Counted from the whole stretch's first letter, positions 13,745-25,799 are shown. The stretch: 63,287 bases of DNA, filler included, from Octopus bimaculoides (GCF_001194135.2; 6 parts of 6 records of this genome joined end to end with filler, not necessarily neighbours in it); one strand, 5' to 3'. Numbers and translations are program-made. Notes: generated from the sequence alone by a model not told the origin.

Positions 13745-14032
13745 GGAGATGCAATGGCCCAGTGGTTAGGGCAGCGGACTCGCGGTCATAGGATCGTGGT
13801 TTCGATTCTCAGACCGGGCGTTGTGAGTGTTTATTGAGCGAAAACACCTAAAGCTCCACGAGGCTCCGGCAGGGGATGGTGGCGAACCCTGCTGTACTCT
13901 TCCACCACAACTTTCTCTCACTCTTACTCCTTGTTTCTGTTGTGCTTGTATTTCAAAGGGTCAGCCTTGTCACACTGTGTCACGCTGAATATCCCTGAGA
14001 ACTACGTTAAGGGCACACGTGTCTGTGGAGTG
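13745..14032 (+). mobile_element. tRNA-derived SINE (family A1); 3' end lost in gap
   Basis: A-box tggcccagtgg, B-box-like gtttcgattc; 3' part ...gtcacgctgaatatccctgagaactacgttaagg shared with the copies at 23629 and 58400. Confidence 0.85.
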
Positions 14033-15180
14033 NNNNNNNNNNNNNNNNNNNNNNNNNNNNNNNNNNNNNNNNNNNNNNNNNNNNNNNNNNNNNNNNNNNN
14101 NNNNNNNNNNNNNNNNNNNNNNNNNNNNNNNNNNNNNNNNNNNNNNNNNNNNNNNNNNNNNNNNNNNNNNNNNNNNNNNNNNNNNNNNNNNNNNNNNNNN
14201 NNNNNNNNNNNNNNNNNNNNNNNNNNNNNNNNNNNNNNNNNNNNNNNNNNNNNNNNNNNNNNNNNNNNNNNNNNNNNNNNNNNNNNNNNNNNNNNNNNNN
14301 NNNNNNNNNNNNNNNNNNNNNNNNNNNNNNNNNNNNNNNNNNNNNNNNNNNNNNNNNNNNNNNNNNNNNNNNNNNNNNNNNNNNNNNNNNNNNNNNNNNN
14401 NNNNNNNNNNNNNNNNNNNNNNNNNNNNNNNNNNNNNNNNNNNNNNNNNNNNNNNNNNNNNNNNNNNNNNNNNNNNNNNNNNNNNNNNNNNNNNNNNNNN
14501 NNNNNNNNNNNNNNNNNNNNNNNNNNNNNNNNNNNNNNNNNNNNNNNNNNNNNNNNNNNNNNNNNNNNNNNNNNNNNNNNNNNNNNNNNNNNNNNNNNNN
14601 ATATATATATATATATATATACGCAAGGTTTTAAATACAGGACTTTGTACCTTTGAACATTATCTTTTAAAATCGAAGGATTAAACAAACACGGCGCACT
14701 TTTCGCTTCGCTAAATCATCGATCAGTTCAGAATAATCAAGCTGAGAGCTAAGTTCGTGTTCAATAGATATCATAAACAATCCACAAAGTCTGGTACACA
14801 TTCATGGTACAATGTAATATTTTTACAAGAACGTTTCCAGGTACAATGTATTACCATTTCATTTCTTGACATTTTCAGTTAACGTAGTTTAATTCTTGTT
14901 CAACATCTTAACCAAAGTAAATAGATGACTCATCTACGTACTTTGATCTTAACATGGGGCCCTCAACCGCGTAGGTCCCCTGCGACCGAAGGGGTTGCAG
15001 GGGCTTAGCAACGGCTCTGAGTATAGTGTGCATTTGTTTATTTGACAAAAAAAATTACCATCTCGAAATATAACACCATACACACACACACATACACACA
15101 CAGAGACAGACGCGCGCGCATGTGTGTGTATACTAAATAATTCATACGGAAGACGGAGTGAAACAAGAAGCTTTATTTAG

Positions 15181-15283
15181 CACCACAATTGTTTCGGCTG
15201 CCTTCTGCCCTGCTCCTTAGTGAGTGGAGAACGATGTAATGACATCAGATGCATCTCGCAGTGCGAGGGCGCTTCATCAGGTG
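15181..15283 (-). ncRNA. Degenerate Penelope-type hammerhead ribozyme with extended stem II
   Basis: Minus: cac-CTGATGA-a...gcc-GAAA-CAATTG-TG-gtg. Palindromic stem III and stem I cac/gtg are present, but the cleavage triplet ends in G. Confidence 0.4.
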
Positions 15284-15459
15284 ATGTAATAGGCTTCAAA
15301 AGTTATAAAATTTACATTTTGCTCCAAGCTAGACGATGGTATTATGGTATGTTACTAGCAGTTACACTTCGTTATCCGTATCAATCATTTAGAATATACT
15401 CAACGTGCACCTGATTTTAGGTATATTCAATCCTCCAAATAAGAATATGTCCTTCATTT

Positions 15460-16583
15460 CTTTCTTGTAGCTCTACTTTTTGAGATAACGTACAGCTGCC
15501 CACATATGAATTTGGGATAGGCCGCCGACAGAGGTATTATAGAATCAGAGATGGTCTGTAATATATTTGACAAACACTTGAATATACATCCAGAGATCAG
15601 AGAAAATCTATTTATGACTTTGTGAAAAGGGTACACTTAAGTTATTTCAAAATAAAACTATGGGACCAAGATAAGACATGGGCTCCACACACTGGCGTAA
15701 AACTTCTTTTGAGCACTTTCGGCAGTGGACAAATGGTATGAGGAAATGTCTGAAATTTGGTATACCCATGGTGTGGAGAGAACAGAGGAATTACAGTGAA
15801 GATTGTTCATTCTGTCTGGTTAATTTTTGTCTGGCATTAAAGGACGTAATCGGAGTAAATGAACATATCCTGTCTTACACTCGGCAAAACGATCTGTTGC
15901 ACAATCACATGAAATACCAGTCCCATCATTCATTAATCAAGAAGAGCTCCCTGAAGATGAATTCTGTTCTTCACCTGTAAACGGTAGTCATGATGCCAGT
16001 GATTACGAAGGGACCTTATCAGTGGTACAAGGTTTTAATCAACCGGAGCTCAATAACTTTGTTAGGGTGTTGAACCTCTCAAATAAATCAGCAGAGTTGT
16101 TGGTGCCTAGACTAGTAGAGAAGAATTTATTGCATCCGGAAACCAAAATCAAATACTGTCGCAATAGAGAACAAGATTTGCTTTGCAAAAATGTTCAAGG
16201 CTTGCTGATGAAAATGAGTATTTCGCAATATCTGCCAAGCGAATTGTGGCTATTCCTAGACAGTTCTAAGCGGGGATCAAAATGTGTGTGTCTACTCAAT
16301 GGAAACAAATATGGATCAATCCCAACTGGTCACTCAGCTAAGATGATTGAAGAGCAAAAAACAATTGCCCTGGTTCTTCAAAAAATATCATCATACGATC
16401 ACCAGTGGTCAATTTGTGTGGATCTAAAGATGGTGAATTTTCTCCCGGGCCACTAAGCATCTCTCCTTGATTTATCTCTAAAAATGAACACTAGGTGGGA
16501 AAACAGTGGCCTCTGAGAGAAAACATGGTAATAGGACAAAAGAATGTAGTTTCAGAACCATTTGTTGACCAGAATAAGATCAT
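15460..16583 (+). mobile_element. Degenerate CMC/Chapaev(3)-type DNA transposase fragment
   Basis: WDQDKTWAPH, FGIPMVWREQRNYSEDCSFC, FNQPELNNFVR, LFLDSSKRGSKCVCLLNGNKY, CVDLKMVNFL, EPFVDQNKII; frameshifts and stops; truncated by the LINE tail at 16584. Confidence 0.75.
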
Positions 16584-16855
16584 AGATAGATAGATAGGTT
16601 TCTTTATTAGCCACACAGGGCTCAACACAGAGGGGACAAAATACAAATGTAGAGTTTTTCTTTTCGAGGGGGTCGAAAACAAAGCAGAAAAAAAGAACAA
16701 AAGTGGGGACAACGATGAAAAAAAAAAGACATCGCAAAACGTTTGGGGTATATACAAAAAATACGAAATAATACAAAAAATTCCCAATAAATGGGGAGGT
16801 TATCCGTGGAAAGAAAAACCTACGAAAAGACCACGGTAACCTCGGTCTTTAGCGT
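16584..16855 (-). mobile_element. Tx1-like LINE 3' UTR fragment with AATAAA and (CTAT)n tail
   Basis: Shares gtttgggg...gtggaaag...gaccacggt(g/a)acctc with 4850-4950; the minus strand ends ggctAATAAAgaaacctatctatctatc. Confidence 0.6.
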
Positions 16856-16983
16856 CACACTTTGTTAAATAAAATTTCTTTTATTTAAGCAAGAAACGTG
16901 AGTAACTCTCTGTTTACAAAATTTTAAAACGTTTTATAGAATCATGGTCAAGGTGGCTTCGTCATTTATACGTGCCAAGATAA

Positions 16984-16984
<1 letters not shown>

Positions 16985-17052
<68 letters not shown>

Positions 17053-17260
17053 CAGAAGAATATACAGACTAACAGACAGACAGACAGACAGATAGATAGA
17101 TAGACTTGACAAACCAGCATGCATGCATACATACGCACATATTCCAAGATACATCTTTATACATACATTTACGCGCGCGCGCGCATACACACATTTATGT
17201 ATATTTATATATGTATGCATGCATGCATGCATGTATGTGCGTATGTATGTAAAGGTATGT
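16985..17260. repeat. (GATA)n/(GACA)n/(ATGC)n microsatellite cluster
   Basis: Seen directly. Confidence 0.9.
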
Positions 17261-17446
17261 AGCAGTTTATAGCCTGTTACGTAACGAAGTCAGTATTTAT
17301 TCTTCTCCTACAGCTTTTGGTGAAGCTGTCATTTTATGAGCAATTACTGCGCAAGACAAATAATGATGCATTCATTTTATACAAATAGCAAAGCCTATTT
17401 TGAGAGAGAAACAATAGTCGAGAGATAGAGAGAGAGAGAAATAAAG

Positions 17447-17521
17447 AAAGAAGAAGAAGAAGAAGAAGAAGAAGAAGAAGAAGAAGAAGAAGAAGAAGAA
17501 GAAGAAGAAGAAGAAGAAGAG
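17447..17521. repeat. (AAG)n microsatellite
   Basis: Perfect trinucleotide run. Confidence 0.95.
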
Positions 17522-18199
17522 AGAGAGAGAGAGGAGGTAGTGAGAAAGGATTATGGAACCACAGAGAGGGGGAAATTGGGTGAAATGAAAGAGGAAGAGC
17601 GTGAACACCGATGAGAAACAGAACAGACAGATAGAAATGAAGAGAGAAAGAGACGTAGGGAGACAAAGAGAGGAAGCGGAAGGATAAGAAAGAGAGGGAA
17701 ACGAGAGTGCAAGCAGACAACATGGCGTCCTAACTTCATGCATACACGCTTCGTTTCTTTCATTTTTCTCGTTACTGCTGTTGCTTTATTATTGTTAGTA
17801 TTATTACTAACGTTTTTTTTTTTTTTTTTGCTGGGTGTGTTTTCATGTGTACTTATTGCGGTTATTTTGGTTGTTGTTATTGTCGTTATTGTTTTTGCTG
17901 TTGTTGTACAATTGTTCTTAATTGTCTCATCCCCCCCCCCCCGTAATACCTTAATGGAGTAACAAAACTATGCAACATGCCATATAACTTCTTTGCTTTA
18001 ACAAAAAAAGCAATGTTTCGCCTTTCCTTTCGATTCTTTCTTAATAGAATCTTTGAAATGGTACGATGGAATGGTAACAATATAATACGTAATATATTTG
18101 GGATTGTTTTAAACACTTTCATTCTTTCTTTACTTTTTTTTATTGGTATTATAGTGTTTTTGTTTAACGTTTGTAGGATATACGATCTTTGGTTTAACC

Positions 18200-18560
<361 letters not shown>

Positions 18561-18899
18561 CAAACAGTCTTAAGTGAGGCTGGTTTTGTTTTGTCTTGCC
18601 ATGACTTATATTATCTAGGAATTTCGATAAAAAGAGTTCAACGGACTTACTGTGAGAAGATAATCGAACGCTTCGGACGCAGTTTCTTCTTCAGAGGAAG
18701 TCGAAAGGAGAGAAAAGAATGCAAAGCAGCAGATTTCTACATTCTCCAAATTAAAAAGAAAAACTGGCTGCAACTGACGAGGAACGCAGGGCCTCGTAAG
18801 CCTTATACGTCAGCAAGATGTGGTAGTAGAACAGTGTATGAAAGGAACAAGAAGTAATGGAATGAGGAGAAGAATGCGAAGTCAGGAGTGAGATGAAGG

Positions 18900-19480
18900 G
18901 AAGAGATGGGGAGAGATGGAGGTTAAAGGATAAAAAGGGGTTTAGAGAATTAAGGAGTTGAAGGAAAAACGTTCTTTTAAAACTGTCGGTGACATGGAGC
19001 CAAGTTTTCTCCATTTCCTTGGGAATGTGGATCCCTGGTGTGCAGTGATGGACACACAGATAAGTGAGTAACGGAATGGCCTGTTGTACTGAAGTCGATG
19101 GTGACAGGTTGACCAGGCATACGTAAGCGAATGCTTTGAGTATGCTCCAGAAAGCGATCACCTAGACGTTAGCCTGTTTGCCCCAGAGTAAAGGGCGTGG
19201 CACACTTTCCACATGATGCAGTGTATAAGGTTAGACAACAAGGAACAAAAGTTCTGACTAATATAATATTGTGTCTTAGGTGCAGCGATTGTTGTAATAC
19301 TGTTTATGTGGGGGCAGGTGGTGCATTATCGTCGAGCACATTTAAAAATGCCAGGCTATGTGAGGATGGACGCTGCGGAACTTTTTATTCGATGCTTTCC
19401 GAAGTTCTTATTTTTAAAGGCGATGAGAGATGATGCGGCAAGTGGATGAAATGATGTGTACAGGAGAAAAGGGTGGGGGG
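18900..19480 (-). mobile_element. Penelope-like element, GIY-YIG endonuclease region (degenerate)
   Basis: Minus translation ...CPHINSITTIAAPKTQYYISQNFCSLLSNLIHCIMWKVCHALYSGQTG*RLGDRFLEHTQSIRLRMPGQPV...GHS matches the PLE GIY-YIG pattern (F-T-C..N-x-IY-x-I-x-C..C...Y-I-G-x-T...L..R..EH); followed by a CT-rich tail. Confidence 0.8.
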
Positions 19481-19784
19481 TCAATATATTTGTAGTAGAC
19501 AGAGGTTAAGAGGTGGATATGGTTTATAGTATCAACTGTATATCTGTAGCTGAAGAAAACGATCTATAGAAGCTGAAATCTCAGTTCGACTGCATTAGTC
19601 ACAGATTTCGTTTTGAAAATACGCTGATTCTAATTTATGGCCTGGTTTTTAATTATAATTGAAAATATTGCCGTAAATTCTAGTCTTATTAAATGAAAAG
19701 CTCTGATTTCCAGGATTCCAAGCTGCTCGTTTCCGATCCTCAGCTGGTAAACCGAGCGTGGTTTTCTTTTGAACATCCAGGAGA

Positions 19785-20033
19785 ATAATCCCTCGTTTAT
19801 CGCGGGTGTTACGTTCCCAAAACCTCCGCGATAGGTAAAAATCCGTGAAGTAGAAATAGTACTGTACTGTAATTTTTTTAATTATTTTTATAACTTGTAT
19901 ATATTTATTTTGTTATGAATGCAAAGCAACACCACGGAGGAATCGACGTAAGCTTAAATAATAAACCGCGATAGGTGAACCGCGATAGGTGAACCGCGAT
20001 AGGTGAACCGCGATATTGCGAGGGGTTATTGTA
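19785..20033. mobile_element. pogo/Tigger-like MITE
   Basis: Imperfect TIRs aatccctcgtttatcgcgg / ccgcgatattgcgaggggttattg, TA at the right end, internal 14-bp aaccgcgataggtg repeats, no ORF. Confidence 0.7.
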
Positions 20034-20785
20034 TATGAATATTTTTTGAAAAATTAATAAATGAGAAACTCACAGTACTGGGAATCAGAGCCTTTCATTG
20101 ATAATGTATTAGAAAATACTCGGACACTCTACATTAGTATTGGTCCTGTAATTTATCGCTTCTGGCGAATATACACACACATAGCCATAAACACATGCAA
20201 ACACACACTCACGCACGCACGCACGCACACACAAACAGCAAACACACACACACATGCTCACACGAATACACATACATAGACTCACACGAATACACATACA
20301 CGCACTCACACATGCAGATATCCATCCATCAATGCATGAAACACCGATGAAAGGAAAAGAGTTAACGCTGATATTCAGAGGAAAATATCACAAGACGCAA
20401 AGATCAGCGGGTGTAATTGGTGGGAAATTGCAGACAATACAGTGTTTGAAAAGTGTAATCTGTAGAGAGAAACCATTAATCTTGTTCTCTCTAATATGTT
20501 TATTCTGTTATTCTGTAATTCCCTTTGAATACCATGACATCTGTTTAACCTGAATAAATGTCTCGTTAGATTTTCCTTTTTTGCCAGTCTTATTTCATTT
20601 CTTTCACACACTCACACACAGACAAACATACGCATACATTCATATGTATGTATGTGAGTATGTATACACGTAAATCCTTCATAGATGCATACACATAGAC
20701 GCATGTGTTATATATATGTGGCGAGCTCTTTGTGTGTGTGTGTGTGTGTGTGCATTAATTGCTGGTACAGACATAGTATTTCGGT

Positions 20786-21420
20786 TAGCAACTATAACAT
20801 ACTATAAAGTATATCAAATGTTTATAAGTGAATACTGTGCCTTCTTTTTGTGTTAGCAGTGCGATGCTTTCTTTTCTAAGTTTATCTCTACAGATTTTTC
20901 TATGGAATTCATATCCAGCACTGAATTCCTCTACGAATACTGTTATGTCAACAATGTGATCGAAGATAGAAAAAAAATCAGGCTATGGGTATATATGCAT
21001 ATTTCAAAACTTATTACTCTTTCATCGGCACCGCATCCAACCTATTAACCATCCATGAACATATTGTTTAAATAGCCACTATGTTAAGCAGTATAACACT
21101 ATTGGAGAGACCAATTTACATATAAAACACATTCCTGACAAGTAGTACGTATATATAATTTGCTAGCAAAGACACAGTTTAGCAACCATGACATACTACA
21201 AAGTATATTCAATGTTTCCAGTTCAATGTTGCCTTACCTATGTGTTCGCAGTGCAATGATTTCATTCTAAAATTTGTCTCTACCGATTTTCTATTGAATT
21301 CATAGTCAGCACTTGAAAGTTATGACGTTTTGTATACAAAGTTATGACGTTTTGTATACAAAGTTATGACGTTTTGTATACATCAGCGCAAATAGTGCGA
21401 TCGAAGGTAGGAAAAATAGA
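20786..21420 (+). repeat. Diverged tandem duplication, period about 395 bp
   Basis: tagcaactataacatactataaagtatatc...ctctacagatttttctatggaattcatatccagcac (20786-20920) vs tagcaaccatgacatactacaaagtatattc...ctctaccgattttctattgaattcatagtcagcac (21180-21312). Confidence 0.75.
21316..21381 (+). repeat. 22-bp tandem repeat x3
   Basis: aaagttatgacgttttgtatac, three identical copies. Confidence 0.95.
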
Positions 21421-21583
21421 TAATGAATGTCAGCTGCCAGGAATGCGTTTTAGTATGCAAATTGATCAATCCAACAGCATTACATCGTTAAACTTAGTGG
21501 TCGTTTAAGCAATGCATTTGTCGGTAGTTGATAGGTTGGGTGTAGTACTGATGAAGGAGCAACTAATTCTGGAGATATGCATA

Positions 21584-21740
21584 GGCGTGGCTGTGTGCTG
21601 TGAAGTTTGCTTCCCAACCACATGGTTCCGGGTTCAGTCCCACTGCATGGCACCTTGGGCAAGTGTCTTCTACTATAGCATTGGGCCGATCAATGCCTTG
21701 TGAGTGGATTTGGTAGACGGAAACTGAAAGAAGCCCGTCG

Positions 21741-21811
<71 letters not shown>

Positions 21812-22025
21812 CTTTTTCTCTGTGTTTGTTCGCCTCCCACCATTGGTTGATAACCGATGCTGGTGTGTTTACGTCCCCGTAACTTAGCGGTTCGGCAAAA
21901 AGAGAACGATACAATAAGTACTAGGCTTACAAAGAATAAGTCCCGGGGTCTATTTGTTCGACGAAAAGGCGGTGCTCCAGCATGGCTGCAGTCAAATGAT
22001 AGCAGCAAATAAAAGAATAAAAGAA
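21584..22025 (+). mobile_element. Near full-length tRNA-derived SINE (family B) with central (TA)(GA)(TG) microsatellite
   Basis: ggcgtggctgtgtg head, ggttcagtcc B-box-like motif, central microsatellite 21741-21810, tail ggcggtgctccagcatggctgcagtc and A-rich end. Confidence 0.9.
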
Positions 22026-22134
22026 AAGAATATACATATATACAGAGAGAGAGGGAGGGAACCTAATATTTATATTATATACATATTGTTATATCCATTA
22101 TGTATTGTAGATATATTACATACGTATGTGTATG

Positions 22135-22194
<60 letters not shown>

Positions 22195-23628
22195 AACACA
22201 CACACATAGATGTATGTATTTATGTACGTTTTTATTATTTATACGTTTACGTATTCTATCCTTTTAAGGGTTTTTCCGTGTTTCTTCCCGCTCCACCCTT
22301 CTCAACCACNNNNNNNNNNNNNNNNNNNNNNNNNNNNNNNNNNNNNNNNNNNNNNNNNNNNNNNNNNNNNNNNNNNNNNNNNNNNNNNNNNNNNNNNNNN
22401 NNNNNNNNNNNNNNNNNNNNNNNNNNNNNNNNNNNNNNNNNNNNNNNNNNNNNNNNNNNNNNNNNNNNNNNNNNNNNNNNNNNNNNNNNNNNNNNNNNNN
22501 NNNNNNNNNNNNNNNNNNNNNNNNNNNNNNNNNNNNNNNNNNNNNNNNNNNNNNNNNNNNNNNNNNNNNNNNNNNNNNNNNNNNNNNNNNNNNNNNNNNN
22601 NNNNNNNNNNNNNNNNNNNNNNNNNNNNNNNNNNNNNNNNNNNNNNNNNNNNNNNNNNNNNNNNNNNNNNNNNNNNNNNNNNNNNNNNNNNNNNNNNNNN
22701 NNNNNNNNNNNNNNNNNNNNNNNNNNNNNNNNNNNNNNNNNNNNNNNNNNNNNNNNNNNNNNNNNNNNNNNNNNNNNNNNNNNNNNNNNNNNNNNNNNNN
22801 NNNNNNNNNNNNNNNNNNNNNNNNNNNNNNNNNNNNNNNNNNNNNNNNNNNNNNNNNNNNNNNNNNNNNNNNNNNNNNNNNNNNNNNNNNNNNNNNNNNN
22901 NNNNNNNNNNNNNNNNNNNNNNNNNNNNNNNNNNNNNNNNNNNNNNNNNNNNNNNNNNNNNNNNNNNNNNNNNNNNNNNNNNNNNNNNNNNNNNNNNNNN
23001 NNNNNNNNNNNNNNNNNNNNNNNNNNNNNNNNNNNNNNNNNNNNNNNNNNNNNNNNNNNNNNNNNNNNNNNNNNNNNNNNNNNNNNNNNNNNNNNNNNNN
23101 NNNNNNNNNNNNNNNNNNNNNNNNNNNNNNNNNNNNNNNNNNNNNNNNNNNNNNNNNNNNNNNNNNNNNNNNNNNNNNNNNNNNNNNNNNNNNNNNNNNN
23201 NNNNNNNNNNNNNNNNNNNNNNNNNNNNNNNNNNNNNNNNNNNNNNNNNNNNNNNNNNNNNNNNNNNNNNNNNNNNNNNNNNNNNNNNNNNNNNNNNNNN
23301 NNNNNNCGTCAAAATAAACCGACAGAATACGTAGCTGGCTCAAAACATATGTACATGGGTCGATTCATTCGACTAAAACTTCTTCAAGTTGGAGCTCCAG
23401 CATGGCCGCATGCACATGAATTTTAACAACAAAATCTTCTGGGGACTCACCTCACCCTGAAGGGTCACATGGTCCTTGGTTGCGGACCATTGCGTTAGGG
23501 AGTTACTGGGAATGCGAGCCAATAAAGATGTCTTTATGTGATCACTCACCTTGCAGAAATAGCAACCAAATTTCACAATCTGCTGTCTTTAAAATTAGTT
23601 AACGTGCTATTAGTGTTAGGGAGTTGTA

Positions 23629-23925
23629 CTCCGTCGGTTACGACGACGAGCGTTCCAGTAGATTCAATCAGCGGAACAGCCTGCTCGTGGAATTAACGTG
23701 CAAATGGCTGAGCACTCTACTGATATGTATGCCTTCAACGTAGGGAGACTCAGCGTGACACAGAATGTGACAAGGCTAGGCCCTTTGAATTACAGGTACA
23801 ACTCATTTTTGCCAACTGAGTGGAGTGGAGCAACATGAAATAAAGTTTCCTGTACAAGGGCACAGCACACCGCAGGGAATCGAACACACACTCTACGATC
23901 GTGCGCCGAACGCTCTACCCACTAT
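23629..23925 (-). mobile_element. tRNA-derived SINE (family A2, CORE-like centre)
   Basis: Minus head ggtatagtgggtagagcg...gttcgattccc; centre ttgctccactccactcagttggcaaaaatgagt; tail shared with family A1. Confidence 0.8.
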
Positions 23926-25009
23926 ACCACGCTCCTCCACTAGTCTTAAAGACAATGTAGTTCTCAATGTACAAAAAGACGGGACGGTCACAGCTGGAGC
24001 GGCTTTCATCATACGTCACATCACTCATGGTAGACGTGAGACAAAACAACAATGACAACAACAAGACCAGCACGGAGTTGGTTTTCATGTAATTCGTCGA
24101 AGAGTGTGGCGTGACTTGAGAGATCGAATATCGCATTTCCTGTAAACCGATCGCAAATCCGGCTTAATGCTGGAATTTCATTTAATTTTCGGTTTAGTTT
24201 TTTACGTTTTTTGNNNNNNNNNNNNNNNNNNNNNNNNNNNNNNNNNNNNNNNNNNNNNNNNNNNNNNNNNNNNNNNNNNNNNNNNNNNNNNNNNNNNNNN
24301 NNNNNNNNNNNNNNNNNNNNNNNNNNNNNNNNNNNNNNNNNNNNNNNNNNNNNNNNNNNNNNNNNNNNNNNNNNNNNNNNNNNNNNNNNNNNNNNNNNNN
24401 NNNNNNNNNNNNNNNNNNNNNNNNNNNNNNNNNNNNNNNNNNNNNNNNNNNNNNNNNNNNNNNNNNNNNNNNNNNNNNNNNNNNNNNNNNNNNNNNNNNN
24501 NNNNNNNNNNNNNNNNNNNNNNNNNNNNNNNNNNNNNNNNNNNNNNNNNNNNNNNNNNNNNNNNNNNNNNNNNNNNNNNNNNNNNNNNNNNNNNNNNNNN
24601 NNNNNNNNNNNNNNNNNNNNNNNNNNNNNNNNNNNNNNNNNNNNNNNNNNNNNNNNNNNNNNNNNNNNNNNNNNNNNNNNNNNNNNNNNNNNNNNNNNNN
24701 NNNNNNNNNNNNNNNNNNNNNNNNNNNNNNNNNNNNNNNNNNNNNNNNNNNNNNNNNNNNNNNNNNNNNNNNNNNNNNNNNNNNNNNNNNNNNNNNNNNN
24801 NNNNNNNNNNNNNNNNNNNNNNNNNNNNNNNNNNNNNNNNNNNNNNNNNNNNNNNNNNNNNNNNNNNNNNNNNNNNNNNNNNNNNNNNNNNNNNNNNNNN
24901 NNNNNNNNNNNNNNNNNNNNNNNNNAAATTGTTTTTTTTTTTTTTATCATTTTCTGTTTAAGAAAAAATACTTTTTTTTTAAATTAGAAAGTTATTAAAA
25001 TTGTTGTTG

Positions 25010-25301
25010 CTGTTGTTTGTTTGTTTGTTTGTTTGTTTGTGTTGTCGTCATCATCAACGTTGTAGTTGTTGTTGTTGTTGTTGTTATTGTTACTGATAAT
25101 GACGACTATGACGACGATGATCATGTTCGTCATCATGATCATCATCCTGATGATCAGGATGCTGCTGCTGCTGAGGAGGAGGAGGAGGAGGAGGAGGAAG
25201 AAGAGGAGGAGGAAGAGGATGGTGATGATGATCAGGGTGATGATGATCAGGATGATGATGATGGTGATGGTGATGATGATGATGATGATGAAGATTATGA
25301 T

Positions 25302-25333
<32 letters not shown>

Positions 25334-25410
25334 CAACGACGACGACAACGAGGAGCGTCGACGACGGTGAAGACGGTGATGATGGTGATGACGATGATGA
25401 TGATCATCTG
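25010..25410. repeat. Compound trinucleotide microsatellite (GTT/GAT/GAG/GAC)
   Basis: Seen directly; poly-D/E/M/H ORFs appear in several frames. Confidence 0.9.
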
Positions 25411-25799
25411 GATCAGCCCGGAGAGGAACATTAATATTTAGAATACACACACATCAGACACACACCAGACACACANNNNNNNNNNTGGACATGGTTTAGA
25501 ATAAGAACAGTAATAAATGAGAAGAACAAATATATAGTGCGTGTGTTATTTGGCAAAAAAAAATGACCGTCCCGAAATACAATAATATCTGTTTCAACAC
25601 ACAGTTTCACATTAGGAATTTTGCAACACAAATTGATTAACGTAATTTAGGATATAATTAATGTATTAAGACCTCATCAAGAAAAATCAACTGAGGTTCT
25701 GAAGCTTCAAATTTGTAGGGACGCAGAGGGCTTTAATTGTGAGCCATCTAAGAATATACCTGCTCATGTGTATGTGTATATACATACATACATACATAG

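Noticed and set aside
13745-13820. tRNA gene
   Set aside because: A- and B-boxes are present, but there is no complete cloverleaf and the sequence continues into a SINE body; the same applies to the other SINE heads.
21545-21585. CTGATGAAGGAG motif
   Set aside because: There is no GAAA partner and stem II is not closed.
25017-25434. Acidic or poly-His ORFs resembling biomineralisation or nucleolar proteins
   Set aside because: All frames are open because of compound trinucleotide repeats; there are no flanking splice or start signals.
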